From the NCBI GenBank assembly GCA_964653655.1, contig CAZZHG010000009.1, positions 11,301 to 75,300 on the forward strand: a DNA stretch of 64,000 bases, given 5' to 3'. The notes beneath the pieces were generated by a model, which did no database searches, was not told the origin of the DNA, and was given only the letters and a program-made list of their open reading frames with translations. Origin of the DNA: an uncultured Pseudobdellovibrionaceae bacterium. GTDB taxonomy: Bacteria; Bdellovibrionota; FAC87; UBA2466. Position numbers and translations under genes: made by a program. Each line of letters starts with the position of its first letter. Positions within the stretch are counted from its first letter, which is position 1. Shown here in pieces: positions 18,132 through 27,263 of the stretch.

Positions 18132-18755
18132 ATGGATCCAATGACACCTCTCAAGACGTTTGCCTTGGGGCTCCTCCTTCAACAGGTTGCGTTGGCCGCG
18201 CCGGCGCGGGAGGACATCGTTCTCCCGATGGGCAAGGTCTATCATCAGGTCGGTCTCAGCTCCTGCTGGGCCTATTCGACCTTTCATACGCTTCGAACTT
18301 TCTATGCGTCCCAGGTTTCCTCTCCGTGGAAGCAAGCCATCGAGGAGCTCGACGATTCGGCGGCCATCCGCGAGTTTCTCGTCGCCGACGGCTCCCTCAA
18401 GGTCAAACACAACCCTCTCTATTTCGTGATGCTCCTGGAAAAAGAATGGGGCCTGACGGACCGGCCGTGGAAGGCCTATTTCACCAATCCCCGTTGCCGC
18501 AAGGATCTCGGGCCGGGCGGAGAAGAGGGCTCAGTCGCGACGGGCGATCAGATCCCCGATCGCATCGTGGCTTCCCTGCGCAAGGGCTCGCCCAGCGTTT
18601 TCTGCAACCGCGTCCACTGCGTTTCGCTTTACGGTGTTACCTTGGAAAACGGGGCGCCCAAGCAGTACTGGGTCGCCAACAGTCTCGGCGGACTGGAAAA
18701 GCGCGCGGCCGACGCGATCCCGAATTCCTTCTGCTATCTTCTGACTCACGACTGA
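18132..18755 (+). CDS. Secreted papain-like (C1-like) cysteine peptidase, short form
   Basis: Signal peptide. Q..G.SSCWAYS (papain QxxCGSCWAFS block), VHCVSLYGV (active-site His), YWVANSLG (papain NSWG block). Confidence 0.5.
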   Translation: MDPMTPLKTFALGLLLQQVALAAPAREDIVLPMGKVYHQVGLSSCWAYSTFHTLRTFYASQVSSPWKQAIEELDDSAAIREFLVADGSLKVKHNPLYFVMLLEKEWGLTDRPWKAYFTNPRCRKDLGPGGEEGSVATGDQIPDRIVASLRKGSPSVFCNRVHCVSLYGVTLENGAPKQYWVANSLGGLEKRAADAIPNSFCYLLTHD

Positions 18756-18839
18756 CCTGCCACACTTTTGTCAGGATTGCCTTCTAACCTGAGTCTAAGG
18801 CGCGGATTCCGCGCCGGAACGACAACAGGGGATGGCAAC

Positions 18840-19313
18840 ATGAAAGACAACCAGGGCAGGTTCCTTCAAACTTTACGTTGGAGTCTAGCGGCGATCGCGC
18901 TGCTTTCGCTCGTAGCTTGCGGCCGCGAGCCGCTCGCCGAGACGGAAGAGGATGCGCTGTCGGATCACTATCTCGCCGAGGAGTTTCACTCGGCTCCCGC
19001 CGTTCGCGGAGCGGTTTCGACGTCCAACGTGAATGTGGATCAAATCAAACAGCGGGTTTCCCAGTTCGCTCAGACGGCGAAAGCGGGATTTCAAGCCTGC
19101 CGCTCGGACATCCAGACCCAGGCTCCGCAGCTCGTGCAGACGAAGCCGCAGAACCGGGAACAGGGAAAGCAGCAGCTTCAGGCGATTCTGAACTTCTTCA
19201 AGACGGCTTCGCTCTCCGCGCCGTGCTCTCAGCTGGTGAATCAGCTGAAGGCATTCCGGGAAAAAGTGCGGCAAAGGGTTCAGCCTCAAACCACGGGCAC
19301 ACCGTCGTATTGA
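18840..19313 (+). CDS. Lipoprotein of unknown function (Gln-rich). Start set at Met-25 of the ORF, after RBS AGGGGA
   Basis: Signal/lipobox LSLVACG. No recognisable domain. Confidence 0.4.
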   Translation: MKDNQGRFLQTLRWSLAAIALLSLVACGREPLAETEEDALSDHYLAEEFHSAPAVRGAVSTSNVNVDQIKQRVSQFAQTAKAGFQACRSDIQTQAPQLVQTKPQNREQGKQQLQAILNFFKTASLSAPCSQLVNQLKAFREKVRQRVQPQTTGTPSY

Positions 19314-19333
19314 GGGGAAGGGGCCGGGATCGG

Positions 19334-19385
19334 AGATGGAAAACCCAAGGCAAGCCCATTTCCGATCCCGGCCTACTCTGGTTCC
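19334..19385. terminator. Hairpin with a 13-bp stem (GGCCGGGATCGGA / TCCGATCCCGGCC) between convergent genes. Putative bidirectional terminator
   Basis: Read directly from the sequence. Lies between the + gene ending at 19313 and the - gene ending at 19395. Confidence 0.4.
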
Positions 19386-19394
19386 CTTCAACGC

Positions 19395-20657
19395 TTAGAG
19401 CGCTTTTTCGGCGAGAGCCAGCCCCTTGCGGACGTAATCGATCAGCACCCACTGGTTCACGCCCTTCGCTTCATCGTGCCACGCGACGGATAAGCAGCCC
19501 CATTTGCCCCGAGGGCCCTGGAGCAGATAAGCCATCGTCATCACGCCGGGTTCGGAGCCGCCTTTGTAGCCGGCGTAGGTGAACTTCGCCGTGTCGACGA
19601 GCGGCTGATTGATCGAGAGAATCGAGTCCACTTCCTTGCTCGCCCGGCCGTGGAGACTCTCCATCGCCGCGCACTGACCTTCCGTCGAGCCGAACCACTC
19701 GAGCTCGTTGATTCGCGCCGGTTTGTCGAAGGGCACTCCGTTGGTGCCCACCTTGGAAAGCGGGAAGGTGCCCACTTGCGCGTGCAGGATCTGGCGCCGG
19801 TCCACCTCGGCGGCGTCGACGAAACTCTGCGTGAGGGCGGCGTCCACGCCCCATTTCAGCTTGAAGAACTCCGCCGTCGTGAGAAAGGGCTGATTGGCTT
19901 GCGGGAAAGGATTTCCCATCGGCGTGAGCTCGGCCTCGACGTGAATCCGGCCGAGGTGCTGAATCAAATGATCGGTGGCCGTGTTGTCGCTGATCGAAAT
20001 CATCTTCGCTGCGTACTCGGCGAGCGTCGCTTCGGTTCCGGCGGGAAGGTTCTGCATGTCGCCGGAGGGGAGGCTCTTCCAGTCGTCCTTTACGGCAAGC
20101 TTATCGGTCCACTTCACCTTGCCGTTTTTGACCGCGGTCTCGAGGGCTCCGAGGACGTATAGCTTGAAGCCCGAGCCGAGGGGCTGGCGCTCGCCACCCT
20201 TCGCGGACTGAGGAGGCTCGCCGAAAACGGAAAGCGTCGAGGAGGCGGTGCCCCGCCAGGAAGCGAGGTACTTTCTCACGTCGTCGAAATTCGTGAGGGG
20301 AGCGTTGAGGTCGATCTCCGTGAAGCGAAGGGCGGTGAACTTACCGTCGGCGCCGACTTGAAAGACGACGCGCAACCGGTGGCCCGGCGCCGAGAAGAGA
20401 TCGTAAGTGCCCGCGTCCGCCGTTTCGCTGACCAGGACTCTTCGGGCGCAATCGCCCGTGGCCTCGTGAAGCTCGTCGAGCACCGCTTGGAAACTGTCCG
20501 ACGGCAACGCCTTTACGAAGGCGGGGTCGAAATGTTCGGTGTAAACGAACGCCTTCGAGTTCACGACGTAGTCGCAGAGAAATTCCGCTCCCTTGTCGAC
20601 GGTTCCCGCCACGGCCGCAAGCGACCAGCCCAATCCCAACACCCATGCGAATTTCAT
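19395..20657 (-). CDS. Secreted serine hydrolase related to class A beta-lactamases / transpeptidases, with an N-terminal extension
   Basis: Signal peptide. SISDNTATD (SDN loop) and YAGYKGGSEPG (KTG-like) motifs. 420 aa. Confidence 0.45.
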   Translation of the reverse strand: MKFAWVLGLGWSLAAVAGTVDKGAEFLCDYVVNSKAFVYTEHFDPAFVKALPSDSFQAVLDELHEATGDCARRVLVSETADAGTYDLFSAPGHRLRVVFQVGADGKFTALRFTEIDLNAPLTNFDDVRKYLASWRGTASSTLSVFGEPPQSAKGGERQPLGSGFKLYVLGALETAVKNGKVKWTDKLAVKDDWKSLPSGDMQNLPAGTEATLAEYAAKMISISDNTATDHLIQHLGRIHVEAELTPMGNPFPQANQPFLTTAEFFKLKWGVDAALTQSFVDAAEVDRRQILHAQVGTFPLSKVGTNGVPFDKPARINELEWFGSTEGQCAAMESLHGRASKEVDSILSINQPLVDTAKFTYAGYKGGSEPGVMTMAYLLQGPRGKWGCLSVAWHDEAKGVNQWVLIDYVRKGLALAEKAL

Positions 20658-20745
20658 GGGGCAACGCTAACCACGCGCCCGGAAATTGCCAAGCCAGTTT
20701 TGATCTCAGGTGATTGATATTCCTGCAAATCTTAACCGCGTCCGC

Positions 20746-21288
20746 TCATCGGGCCGCGGCAATGATGGCTGGAACCGAGCGCTTCATTAGATCTTGGAGC
20801 GCCTTATAGAGCGAATCGGTGAACTCGCTTTCGGAAGCGGCATGGGAAGTCTGGGACGAGTTCCCCGCGAATGACTGGGTCGACTCTTCCCCGCCTCCGC
20901 TCAACTTAACTTCGACTCGGATAGTGGAATCGACATTCCAGGACTCGGCTTGCACCACTTCCTTTACCGTACCGGCAACTACAAGCGGGTTGGGTGAAGT
21001 CTCGCATTCTTGCGCGCCCGCCTTGAGCAGCTCCCGCTTGTAGGCCGCCCGGATCCACTCCGGTACATCGCCGTAGGTTTTAACGTCGCTCGTCTTGATG
21101 CCCAGGAGGAAAGTGTGTCCGAGAAGCTGCGGGTTCTCACGGGCATCCGTGAACTCGGCGACTTTCACGCAAACGGGCTTTGCGAATCTGGCTTCGCTAC
21201 CGGTCGGCAGAGGGTCGAGGTGGACGACTTTCGGGGCGAGGGCGCAACCGAACAGGGTGAAAACAATCAGAGGAAAAATTAGGCGCAT
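20746..21288 (-). CDS. Lipoprotein of unknown function
   Basis: Lipobox LFGCA. 180 aa. Confidence 0.4.
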   Translation of the reverse strand: MRLIFPLIVFTLFGCALAPKVVHLDPLPTGSEARFAKPVCVKVAEFTDARENPQLLGHTFLLGIKTSDVKTYGDVPEWIRAAYKRELLKAGAQECETSPNPLVVAGTVKEVVQAESWNVDSTIRVEVKLSGGGEESTQSFAGNSSQTSHAASESEFTDSLYKALQDLMKRSVPAIIAAAR

Positions 21289-21347
21289 GGGCGAGGCTCC
21301 TTCCGTTGGTCAGGATTAGACGGAGGAGGCGCCTGATCCGTTACGGA

Positions 21348-22433
21348 TTAGCGAAAGGATTTTCCCATGCGCTGAAAGGCGAGCTCGATGAGCTTGGTGA
21401 CGAGGGCCTGGTACGAGAGCCCCGACGTCTGCCACATCTTCGGGTACATGCTGATCGGCGTGAACCCGGGCAGCGTGTTCACTTCGTTGAGGTAGATTTT
21501 TCCCGTCTTTTTCTCGAGGAATAGATCGACGCGGGCAAGCCCGTCGCACTCGAGCAGGCGGAAAACTTTGAGGGCGAACTCCTGCACCTCTTTCGTCTTC
21601 GCCGGATCGAGGGGAGCGGGGGTGAGGGCGTCCGCTCCATCCGACATGAGGTACTTCGCTTCGTAGCTGTACCAGCCGACTTTGGGGGAGGGGACGATTT
21701 CGCCGGGCAGCGCGACGGTGGCGGTCTTATTGAGACCCAGCACGGCGCATTCGATTTCGCGTCCGTCGATTCCCTTTTCGACGAGGACCTTAGTGTCGTA
21801 CTTGAAACCGAAGTCGACGGCCTTCTGAAGCTCCGCCTTGTTGCTGACTTTCGAGACGCCCACCGACGATCCCTGGCGCGAGGGTTTCACGAAGAGCGGG
21901 TAGCCGAGCTTCTCGATGGCCGCCATCTTTCCCGGTAGTTCCTCGGCCGCCGACAGCCAAACGTAGTCGCAGACCGCGATGCCGGCGTTCACGCAGATGT
22001 TCTTCGTGAGCACCTTGTCCATGCAGATCCACGAAGCTCCGCAGTTGGAGCCCACGTAGGGAACCGAAACCAAATCGAGCATGCCCTGGAGCGTACCGTC
22101 CTCGCCGAACTGTCCGTGGAGAATCGGAAATACGGCGTCGAAGGTAATGGTCTTGCCGCCGGAGAAGAGACGGCCCTTGCCGTCGGTGCCGCTGTAGGGC
22201 GCGATGGATACCTCGGGGGCGTCCTCGTTCAGCTTGATCTTGTCGGCGCGGAACTCACCGAGAAAGAAGTTCTTCTCGTTACAGAGATGCCAGACGCCCT
22301 TTCGCGAAATGCCGACGACTATCGGGCGGAAGAGGGTTCGGTCGAGAGCGTCGAGCGCGCATTTGGCCGAGATGAGCGAAATCTCGTGCTCGTCGGAACG
22401 GCCGCCACAGAGGAACAGGATGTCTTTTGCCAT
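21348..22433 (-). CDS. ddl: D-alanine--D-alanine ligase
   Basis: ATP-grasp. N terminus LCGGRSDEHEISLISA. C-terminal EVNTLPGFT block. 361 aa. Confidence 0.85.
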   Translation of the reverse strand: MAKDILFLCGGRSDEHEISLISAKCALDALDRTLFRPIVVGISRKGVWHLCNEKNFFLGEFRADKIKLNEDAPEVSIAPYSGTDGKGRLFSGGKTITFDAVFPILHGQFGEDGTLQGMLDLVSVPYVGSNCGASWICMDKVLTKNICVNAGIAVCDYVWLSAAEELPGKMAAIEKLGYPLFVKPSRQGSSVGVSKVSNKAELQKAVDFGFKYDTKVLVEKGIDGREIECAVLGLNKTATVALPGEIVPSPKVGWYSYEAKYLMSDGADALTPAPLDPAKTKEVQEFALKVFRLLECDGLARVDLFLEKKTGKIYLNEVNTLPGFTPISMYPKMWQTSGLSYQALVTKLIELAFQRMGKSFR

Positions 22434-22439
22434 GAGGTT

Positions 22440-23483
22440 TTAAACCACCGAACGGATCGGAGGGGAGGAACTTAGAATGGAGCTCCGGACCTGGACTCGT
22501 TTTTCCAGATCCTTGATTACCGCTTCCCCCACGTTGATTCCGTATAGCTCGTTGATGTTGTGGATTCCGCCGGGACAGAAAGAGTTTATCTCGAGCACCT
22601 TGTCGCCGACGATGTCGATGCCGACGAAATACAGGCCGTCGGCGATCAGTTTCGGCTGGACCACCTCGGCGATGCGCGCCTCGATGCGGGAGAATTTCAC
22701 GGTCTTTCGTACGCCGCCGATGTGCATGTTGCTGCGGATCTCCCCCTTGGGGGACATGCGGCGGTACATGGCGGCCTGCTTGCCGACGAAGATTGGCTCG
22801 CCGTTGAGAAGAAGCAGCCGCTTGTCCCCTTGTTTCACGGCCGGCAAAAATTCCTGCGCGATCACGTAGCCGTTCTTCGAGACGGTCGCGATGATCTGAT
22901 TGATGTTGATGTCGCGCCAATCCTTGATGAAGAAAACGTCCTGGCCGCCGAAGCCCGTGAGCGGTTTCAGGATGACGGGCTTACGGAGCTTTTTGACGAA
23001 ATCCTTGATCTTGGTCGCGCTCCTCGTGATGAGCGTCTGCGCGCGGATCTCCTCGGGGAACGAGGAGAGATACATTTTACTCGACGCTTTCGCGAGGCCG
23101 CTCGGGTCGTTCAATACTAGTACGCCCGAAAGTTTGAGCAGGCGGCCGAACTCGAGGCCGGGGTTGCTCTTCGCGGTGTCGTTCTCCGTGTCTCCGTGAG
23201 GATTGTAGCGGAGCATGACGACGTCGAAATCGTTCAGCGTAACTTCGAAGCGGCGGTTTTCCTCCGCCTGAAGAGCTTCCAGGTATTCCGTCGTGTTTCG
23301 GAAGTGGCCAGGGCCCGCGGCCGTCACCATCGCGGTGATTTTTCCCGGATCGCGGAACGTAAGGCTATTGATGTTGGCGAAAACGACCGTGTGGCCGCGC
23401 TTCCAGGCTTCGAAGGCGAGATGGGAGGTCGTGTAGGCGGGCTTCTGATAGAAGGCCGACCGGACGAGGAAACAAATCTTCAT
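22440..23483 (-). CDS. Glutathione synthetase-like ATP-grasp enzyme (GshB-like; a RimK-like alternative is not excluded)
   Basis: Blocks matching bacterial GshB: ILKPLTGFGGQDVF, FLPAVKQGDKRLLLLNGEP, GLYFVGIDIVGDKVLEINSFCP. Confidence 0.55.
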   Translation of the reverse strand: MKICFLVRSAFYQKPAYTTSHLAFEAWKRGHTVVFANINSLTFRDPGKITAMVTAAGPGHFRNTTEYLEALQAEENRRFEVTLNDFDVVMLRYNPHGDTENDTAKSNPGLEFGRLLKLSGVLVLNDPSGLAKASSKMYLSSFPEEIRAQTLITRSATKIKDFVKKLRKPVILKPLTGFGGQDVFFIKDWRDININQIIATVSKNGYVIAQEFLPAVKQGDKRLLLLNGEPIFVGKQAAMYRRMSPKGEIRSNMHIGGVRKTVKFSRIEARIAEVVQPKLIADGLYFVGIDIVGDKVLEINSFCPGGIHNINELYGINVGEAVIKDLEKRVQVRSSILSSSPPIRSVV

Positions 23484-23546
23484 GGCTTTTCCCAGTGTAT
23501 CCCCAGGGGCGCTTTGGCCGTAAAGACAATTTGGGACGACGAGGTA

Positions 23547-24605
23547 TCAGCCTACGTGGCTGCGCACCAGGGCGGCTAGGACGCTGCGGGCCCGGTTGTC
23601 GATTTTGAGGAACTCCACGCCCACGCCCGCGGTCGGGCCCTTGGGGTCGAGGCTTGCGATGCGGAACTCCTCGATCTCCACGGCTTGTCCGTCGAAGTAG
23701 AAAATCTTCAACGATCCCTTCAGGTTGGGTTTAATGAGGCGGTTTTCCTCTGAGCGGGGGAACACCAGATAGGCGCCCCGTTCGCTCAGGATGCAAACTT
23801 CCATGGCGAGCGGCGGGTGGCCCGAGAAGATCGTCTCCCCGCTGAACTTCACGCGCACGCGCCGGTTCTGGCGGCGGTTTTCGAAGTTTTCCGGAGCGGG
23901 AAGCTTCGGGTCGTAGGGAAGCGAAAGCGTGACGAGCGGGTATCCCTCGGGCGTATGGGCCGTGTTGAGGGTTCCGCCCTGGGCTTCGAGCAGGCTGCGC
24001 GCGATCGTGTAAGGCGAAGCGGGGCCCTGGCCGCGGCCGCTGATCTGCATCGGGGGCTGGGACAGCACGCCGATGGGTTTACCGACGAGAGTTAGCTCGT
24101 ACACGGCGTCCGAGCGTTTCAGCGTGAGGCTGATCTCTCCGCCGCCGACGAGAGACTCCGCCATTTTCAAAATCAAATTCGTGAGCAAGTGCCGCAAGGT
24201 CGCGGCGTCGAGGGCCGCGGTGGCCGGCGTTTCGGCGAGCGCGGTGAGGCGCAGTCCGCGCAGCTGAAGCTCCGGTTCGAGAAGCTCGACTGTGTCGAGC
24301 AGGAGCTGTGCGAGATCGGTCGGCTTCGCGTCCATGCCCCCCGGGCCGCTGTAGTAGCGAAGGTTCGCCGAAAGATGGAGTGCCTTTTCCGCCGCCGAGA
24401 GTGCTATCGCCATCGAGCGGTCCCGAACCGAGGGGTTCGCGGTGGAGAGCGCGTAGTTCAGCTCCCCAAGAATCGCTCCCAGCAGTTGTCCGAGCTCCTG
24501 TCCCGCCTGAAAACAAAACTGGCGCAAATCGCGCTCGGCGAGGAACGGATCCTTCGGAAGTTCCGGACTTTCCATCAAATTCGACTGAGTCTTTTTGGGT
24601 TGCAT
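23547..24605 (-). CDS. Histidine-kinase-like (HATPase-like) protein fused to a C-terminal PilZ domain
   Basis: The central region resembles the HK ATP-binding lid. The C terminus carries RRQNRRVRV...D.S.GG-type PilZ signatures. Confidence 0.4.
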   Translation of the reverse strand: MQPKKTQSNLMESPELPKDPFLAERDLRQFCFQAGQELGQLLGAILGELNYALSTANPSVRDRSMAIALSAAEKALHLSANLRYYSGPGGMDAKPTDLAQLLLDTVELLEPELQLRGLRLTALAETPATAALDAATLRHLLTNLILKMAESLVGGGEISLTLKRSDAVYELTLVGKPIGVLSQPPMQISGRGQGPASPYTIARSLLEAQGGTLNTAHTPEGYPLVTLSLPYDPKLPAPENFENRRQNRRVRVKFSGETIFSGHPPLAMEVCILSERGAYLVFPRSEENRLIKPNLKGSLKIFYFDGQAVEIEEFRIASLDPKGPTAGVGVEFLKIDNRARSVLAALVRSHVG

Positions 24606-24639
24606 GTTCGAATTACTATCGGCTTAATGAAGCCCGCGT

Positions 24640-25326
24640 TTGAGGGCTATCGTGCCTATTTTTCGACGAATCCGGGAATCGCTGGCGGTCTTCTTGCTGC
24701 ATCGGGCCTACAGGCTTTTGAGCGCCACGTATCGCTACGCCCACGTGCGCCGTCCGACGGTGCGTCCTTCCGTTTACGCCCATTGGCACGGGGATGAGCT
24801 GCTTCTCCTCGGCGCTTTCCGGGACTCGGGGATGGCGGTCATGGCGAGCCGCAGCCGGGACGGGGAGCTGATGAAACGGCTTCTCGAAAAGCTCGGCTTT
24901 TTCGTGTCGCGGGGATCTTCGAGCCGGGGCGGGGCGGCGGGCCTCAAGGGGCTCATCGACGCGGTTTCCGGCGGCGGCCGGGAGGCGTCGCTTGCGGTCG
25001 ATGGACCGCGCGGGCCCATCTACGAAGTGAAGCCGGGGATTTTGAAATTGTCGCAGGAGACGGGCCTTCCGATCGTCCCGGGCGCCGCGGCGGCAAGCCG
25101 AAGATTTGTCTTTAAAAGGGCTTGGAATCGGTGTTACCTTCCGACTCCGTTCGCTAAGTGCGTGATTGTCTATGGGGTTCCGGTAACGGTCCCGAAAGAC
25201 GTAGCGCCCGAAGCGTTCGAGTCGATTCGGCTGGAGTTGGAAGCGTCTCTCAAGGCGCTCAAGGTCGAAGCGGAGGCGAGCTTCACTCGCGCCGCGGACA
25301 AACTTCTAATGGCCGAAGCCACATAA
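24640..25326 (+). CDS. DUF374-family protein (lysophospholipid acyltransferase-like)
   Basis: Motifs AHWHGDELLL and AVDGPRGP characteristic of DUF374. Confidence 0.55.
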   Translation: MRAIVPIFRRIRESLAVFLLHRAYRLLSATYRYAHVRRPTVRPSVYAHWHGDELLLLGAFRDSGMAVMASRSRDGELMKRLLEKLGFFVSRGSSSRGGAAGLKGLIDAVSGGGREASLAVDGPRGPIYEVKPGILKLSQETGLPIVPGAAAASRRFVFKRAWNRCYLPTPFAKCVIVYGVPVTVPKDVAPEAFESIRLELEASLKALKVEAEASFTRAADKLLMAEAT

Positions 25327-25430
25327 GACGGGCTTCCCCCTTCGCCCCTTGGGCTACGGGGGACGAGAAAGCCGTCGAGTTTTTCCCGGCCGTTGAGAGG
25401 CACCTGGCTTCGAACGGTAAGTTCTCATGA

Positions 25431-25507
25431 CGGGCTGTAGCGCAGGTGGCTAGCGCGCTTCGTTCGGGACGAAGAGGTCGTCGGTTCAAATCCGACCAGC
25501 CCGACCA
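25431..25507 (+). tRNA. tRNA-Pro (anticodon CGG)
   Basis: 77-nt cloverleaf folded by hand. Acceptor stem CGGGCTG/CAGCCCG, anticodon stem CTTCG/CGAAG with loop TTCGGGA, T-loop GGTTCAAATCC, encoded 3' CCA. Confidence 0.85.
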
Positions 25508-25756
25508 GTTTTCCCCGACTTTCTAAGTTCGAGACGCGCCCCTGTCCCCCTCTTTTCAGACTGGGCTTACACAAAGTGACGCCATACTCTCTTGGTTAGC
25601 AATTCTTCTCCGTAACCAACGTGCTCCATCACTTTTCGCGTGCGGGACAAAATGTCGTCGGTGGCATTGTGTTGAAAGCGGATGCTGGCGGGCCTCTTTG
25701 TTAGAACAATTTCGGGCTAATTTTGATGAAAGCAAAACTCCGCCCCGGGGGCCCGC

Positions 25757-27211
25757 ATGTTTCATCCCAGACACTTTTTGAAACTCCAGTTGTTCGTTGT
25801 CCTGGCGCTGACATCCCAATTCGATCCTGGAGCTGCATGGGGCGCGGCTCCGGTGCCCTCTTGTCCATATAGTCCTTCGATTGCCGCCTGCGATGGTCTC
25901 GGGGTGCAGAAGAGTCTGTCGGCCATATGGGAGGGGTGTACTACCTTGGCCCGTAGCTACGGACTAAACAATGTGGAAACCAATCAGTGCCTTTATCAAT
26001 GCGTGGATAGAACACAGAAGGTTTCGACTTCCTGTCTTGTCGTGGCACCGAATGGAATTCCGCAGTATTGCTATCTCGACGGGACGATGCCGAACCACTG
26101 CGACCCCGCCGCGGATAATCGGTACGATATTCTCCAGGCGAATTGTCATTCGGCCGCCAACAGCTGCGTTGTAGCTGACCCAACACATAGCGGAATCATT
26201 ATTTGCAATTGGTTCGGCCACGTTTCGAACATTTCGGGGCACACCTTCAACTATCGAATGAACGATGACTTCACCTCGACTACTTACTGGAACTGGGGGA
26301 CGCCGTGCGGACCGTGTGCGGGCAAACCGCCAGTGGACTTCGTCGAGGCCGACGCCTGCCATGGAACTTGCGTGGCCGAAGCGTGCGGGTCCCAGGTCGA
26401 AACCAGAAATGCTCTTTCCGAGGGGACGACGATTGCCATTCCTGGCCCCACCAAATGCGTGAATAGGTACCACTTCTGGATGAATGATCCGTCCATGGTG
26501 GATTCTTGCATGAGTTGTTGTGACGATGAGGCGGACACCTTTCCAAATACCGCGGGTACGGACTATCAACGCAATTGCAATCGAGAGAGTTTTCGAACCC
26601 TTTGCAAGAGTAAGTGTGATTCCTTCTTTAAAGCGGCGACCGAGCCCGTTGCCTGTCCTTTTAGTCCCTCGGTCCGAGCCTGCACCTCCAAGGGGCTGCC
26701 CCGGCCGCCCAGTGAAATCGTAAGCGACTGTACCGTCGTGCTGGCGCGACCGGACTACGCGGCCCTGCCGGCGGCGGAACGGCGCAGTTGCATGGGGCTT
26801 TGCTTGAACCGAAGCCTGTCGAAATCATCCCTCTGCTCGACTCCCACGCCGGTTCCCGATCCGTCGCCGACCTCCTCACCAGAGGAGGAGTCGTCTTCGA
26901 CTCCCACGCCCGCTCCAACTGCGACTCCTGGGGAAGGGGGTAGTCCGATCCCGGACGCTTCCGAGGAGCCGATTTCCTCCCCGGACCCCGGCCCCACGAT
27001 CGAGCAGGAGGAGTCCTGGTTCGAGTGGTTCATCAACTACATTTGGGAACTCCTATTTGGCGCCGGGGAAGCCAATCCCTCTCCGTCGCCGACTCCCGTG
27101 CCGTCGGAACCTCCGGCGGAGCAGCCGACCCCAACCCCGATACCGGAGTCCACTTCGGAGCCCACGCCCGAACCAACGGTGGAGCCCTCTCCGGAACCTG
27201 ATCCGCAATGA
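25757..27211 (+). CDS. Secreted Cys-rich protein with a Pro/Thr/Ser-rich low-complexity C-terminal region
   Basis: Putative signal peptide. The Cys-rich domain of ~330 aa has more than 30 Cys. The P/T/S/E-rich tail contains an embedded hydrophobic segment WFEWFINYIWELLFGAG. Local GC is visibly lower than the surroundings. Confidence 0.5.
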   Translation: MFHPRHFLKLQLFVVLALTSQFDPGAAWGAAPVPSCPYSPSIAACDGLGVQKSLSAIWEGCTTLARSYGLNNVETNQCLYQCVDRTQKVSTSCLVVAPNGIPQYCYLDGTMPNHCDPAADNRYDILQANCHSAANSCVVADPTHSGIIICNWFGHVSNISGHTFNYRMNDDFTSTTYWNWGTPCGPCAGKPPVDFVEADACHGTCVAEACGSQVETRNALSEGTTIAIPGPTKCVNRYHFWMNDPSMVDSCMSCCDDEADTFPNTAGTDYQRNCNRESFRTLCKSKCDSFFKAATEPVACPFSPSVRACTSKGLPRPPSEIVSDCTVVLARPDYAALPAAERRSCMGLCLNRSLSKSSLCSTPTPVPDPSPTSSPEEESSSTPTPAPTATPGEGGSPIPDASEEPISSPDPGPTIEQEESWFEWFINYIWELLFGAGEANPSPSPTPVPSEPPAEQPTPTPIPESTSEPTPEPTVEPSPEPDPQ

Positions 27212-27263
27212 ATTCGGGCATCGGAGCAGCTGTTGGACATGCGTTAGTTTCGTCTTTGACGCC

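Noticed and set aside
25327-25756. Integrase or prophage at tRNA-Pro
   Set aside because: There is no integrase, excisionase or phage structural gene anywhere in the window. Only a compositional anomaly and the odd Cys-rich gene remain, and these are reported as a finding.
25556-25819. 87-aa minus-strand ORF between tRNA-Pro and the Cys-rich gene
   Set aside because: It overlaps the 5' end of the better-supported + strand gene and has no start context or motifs.
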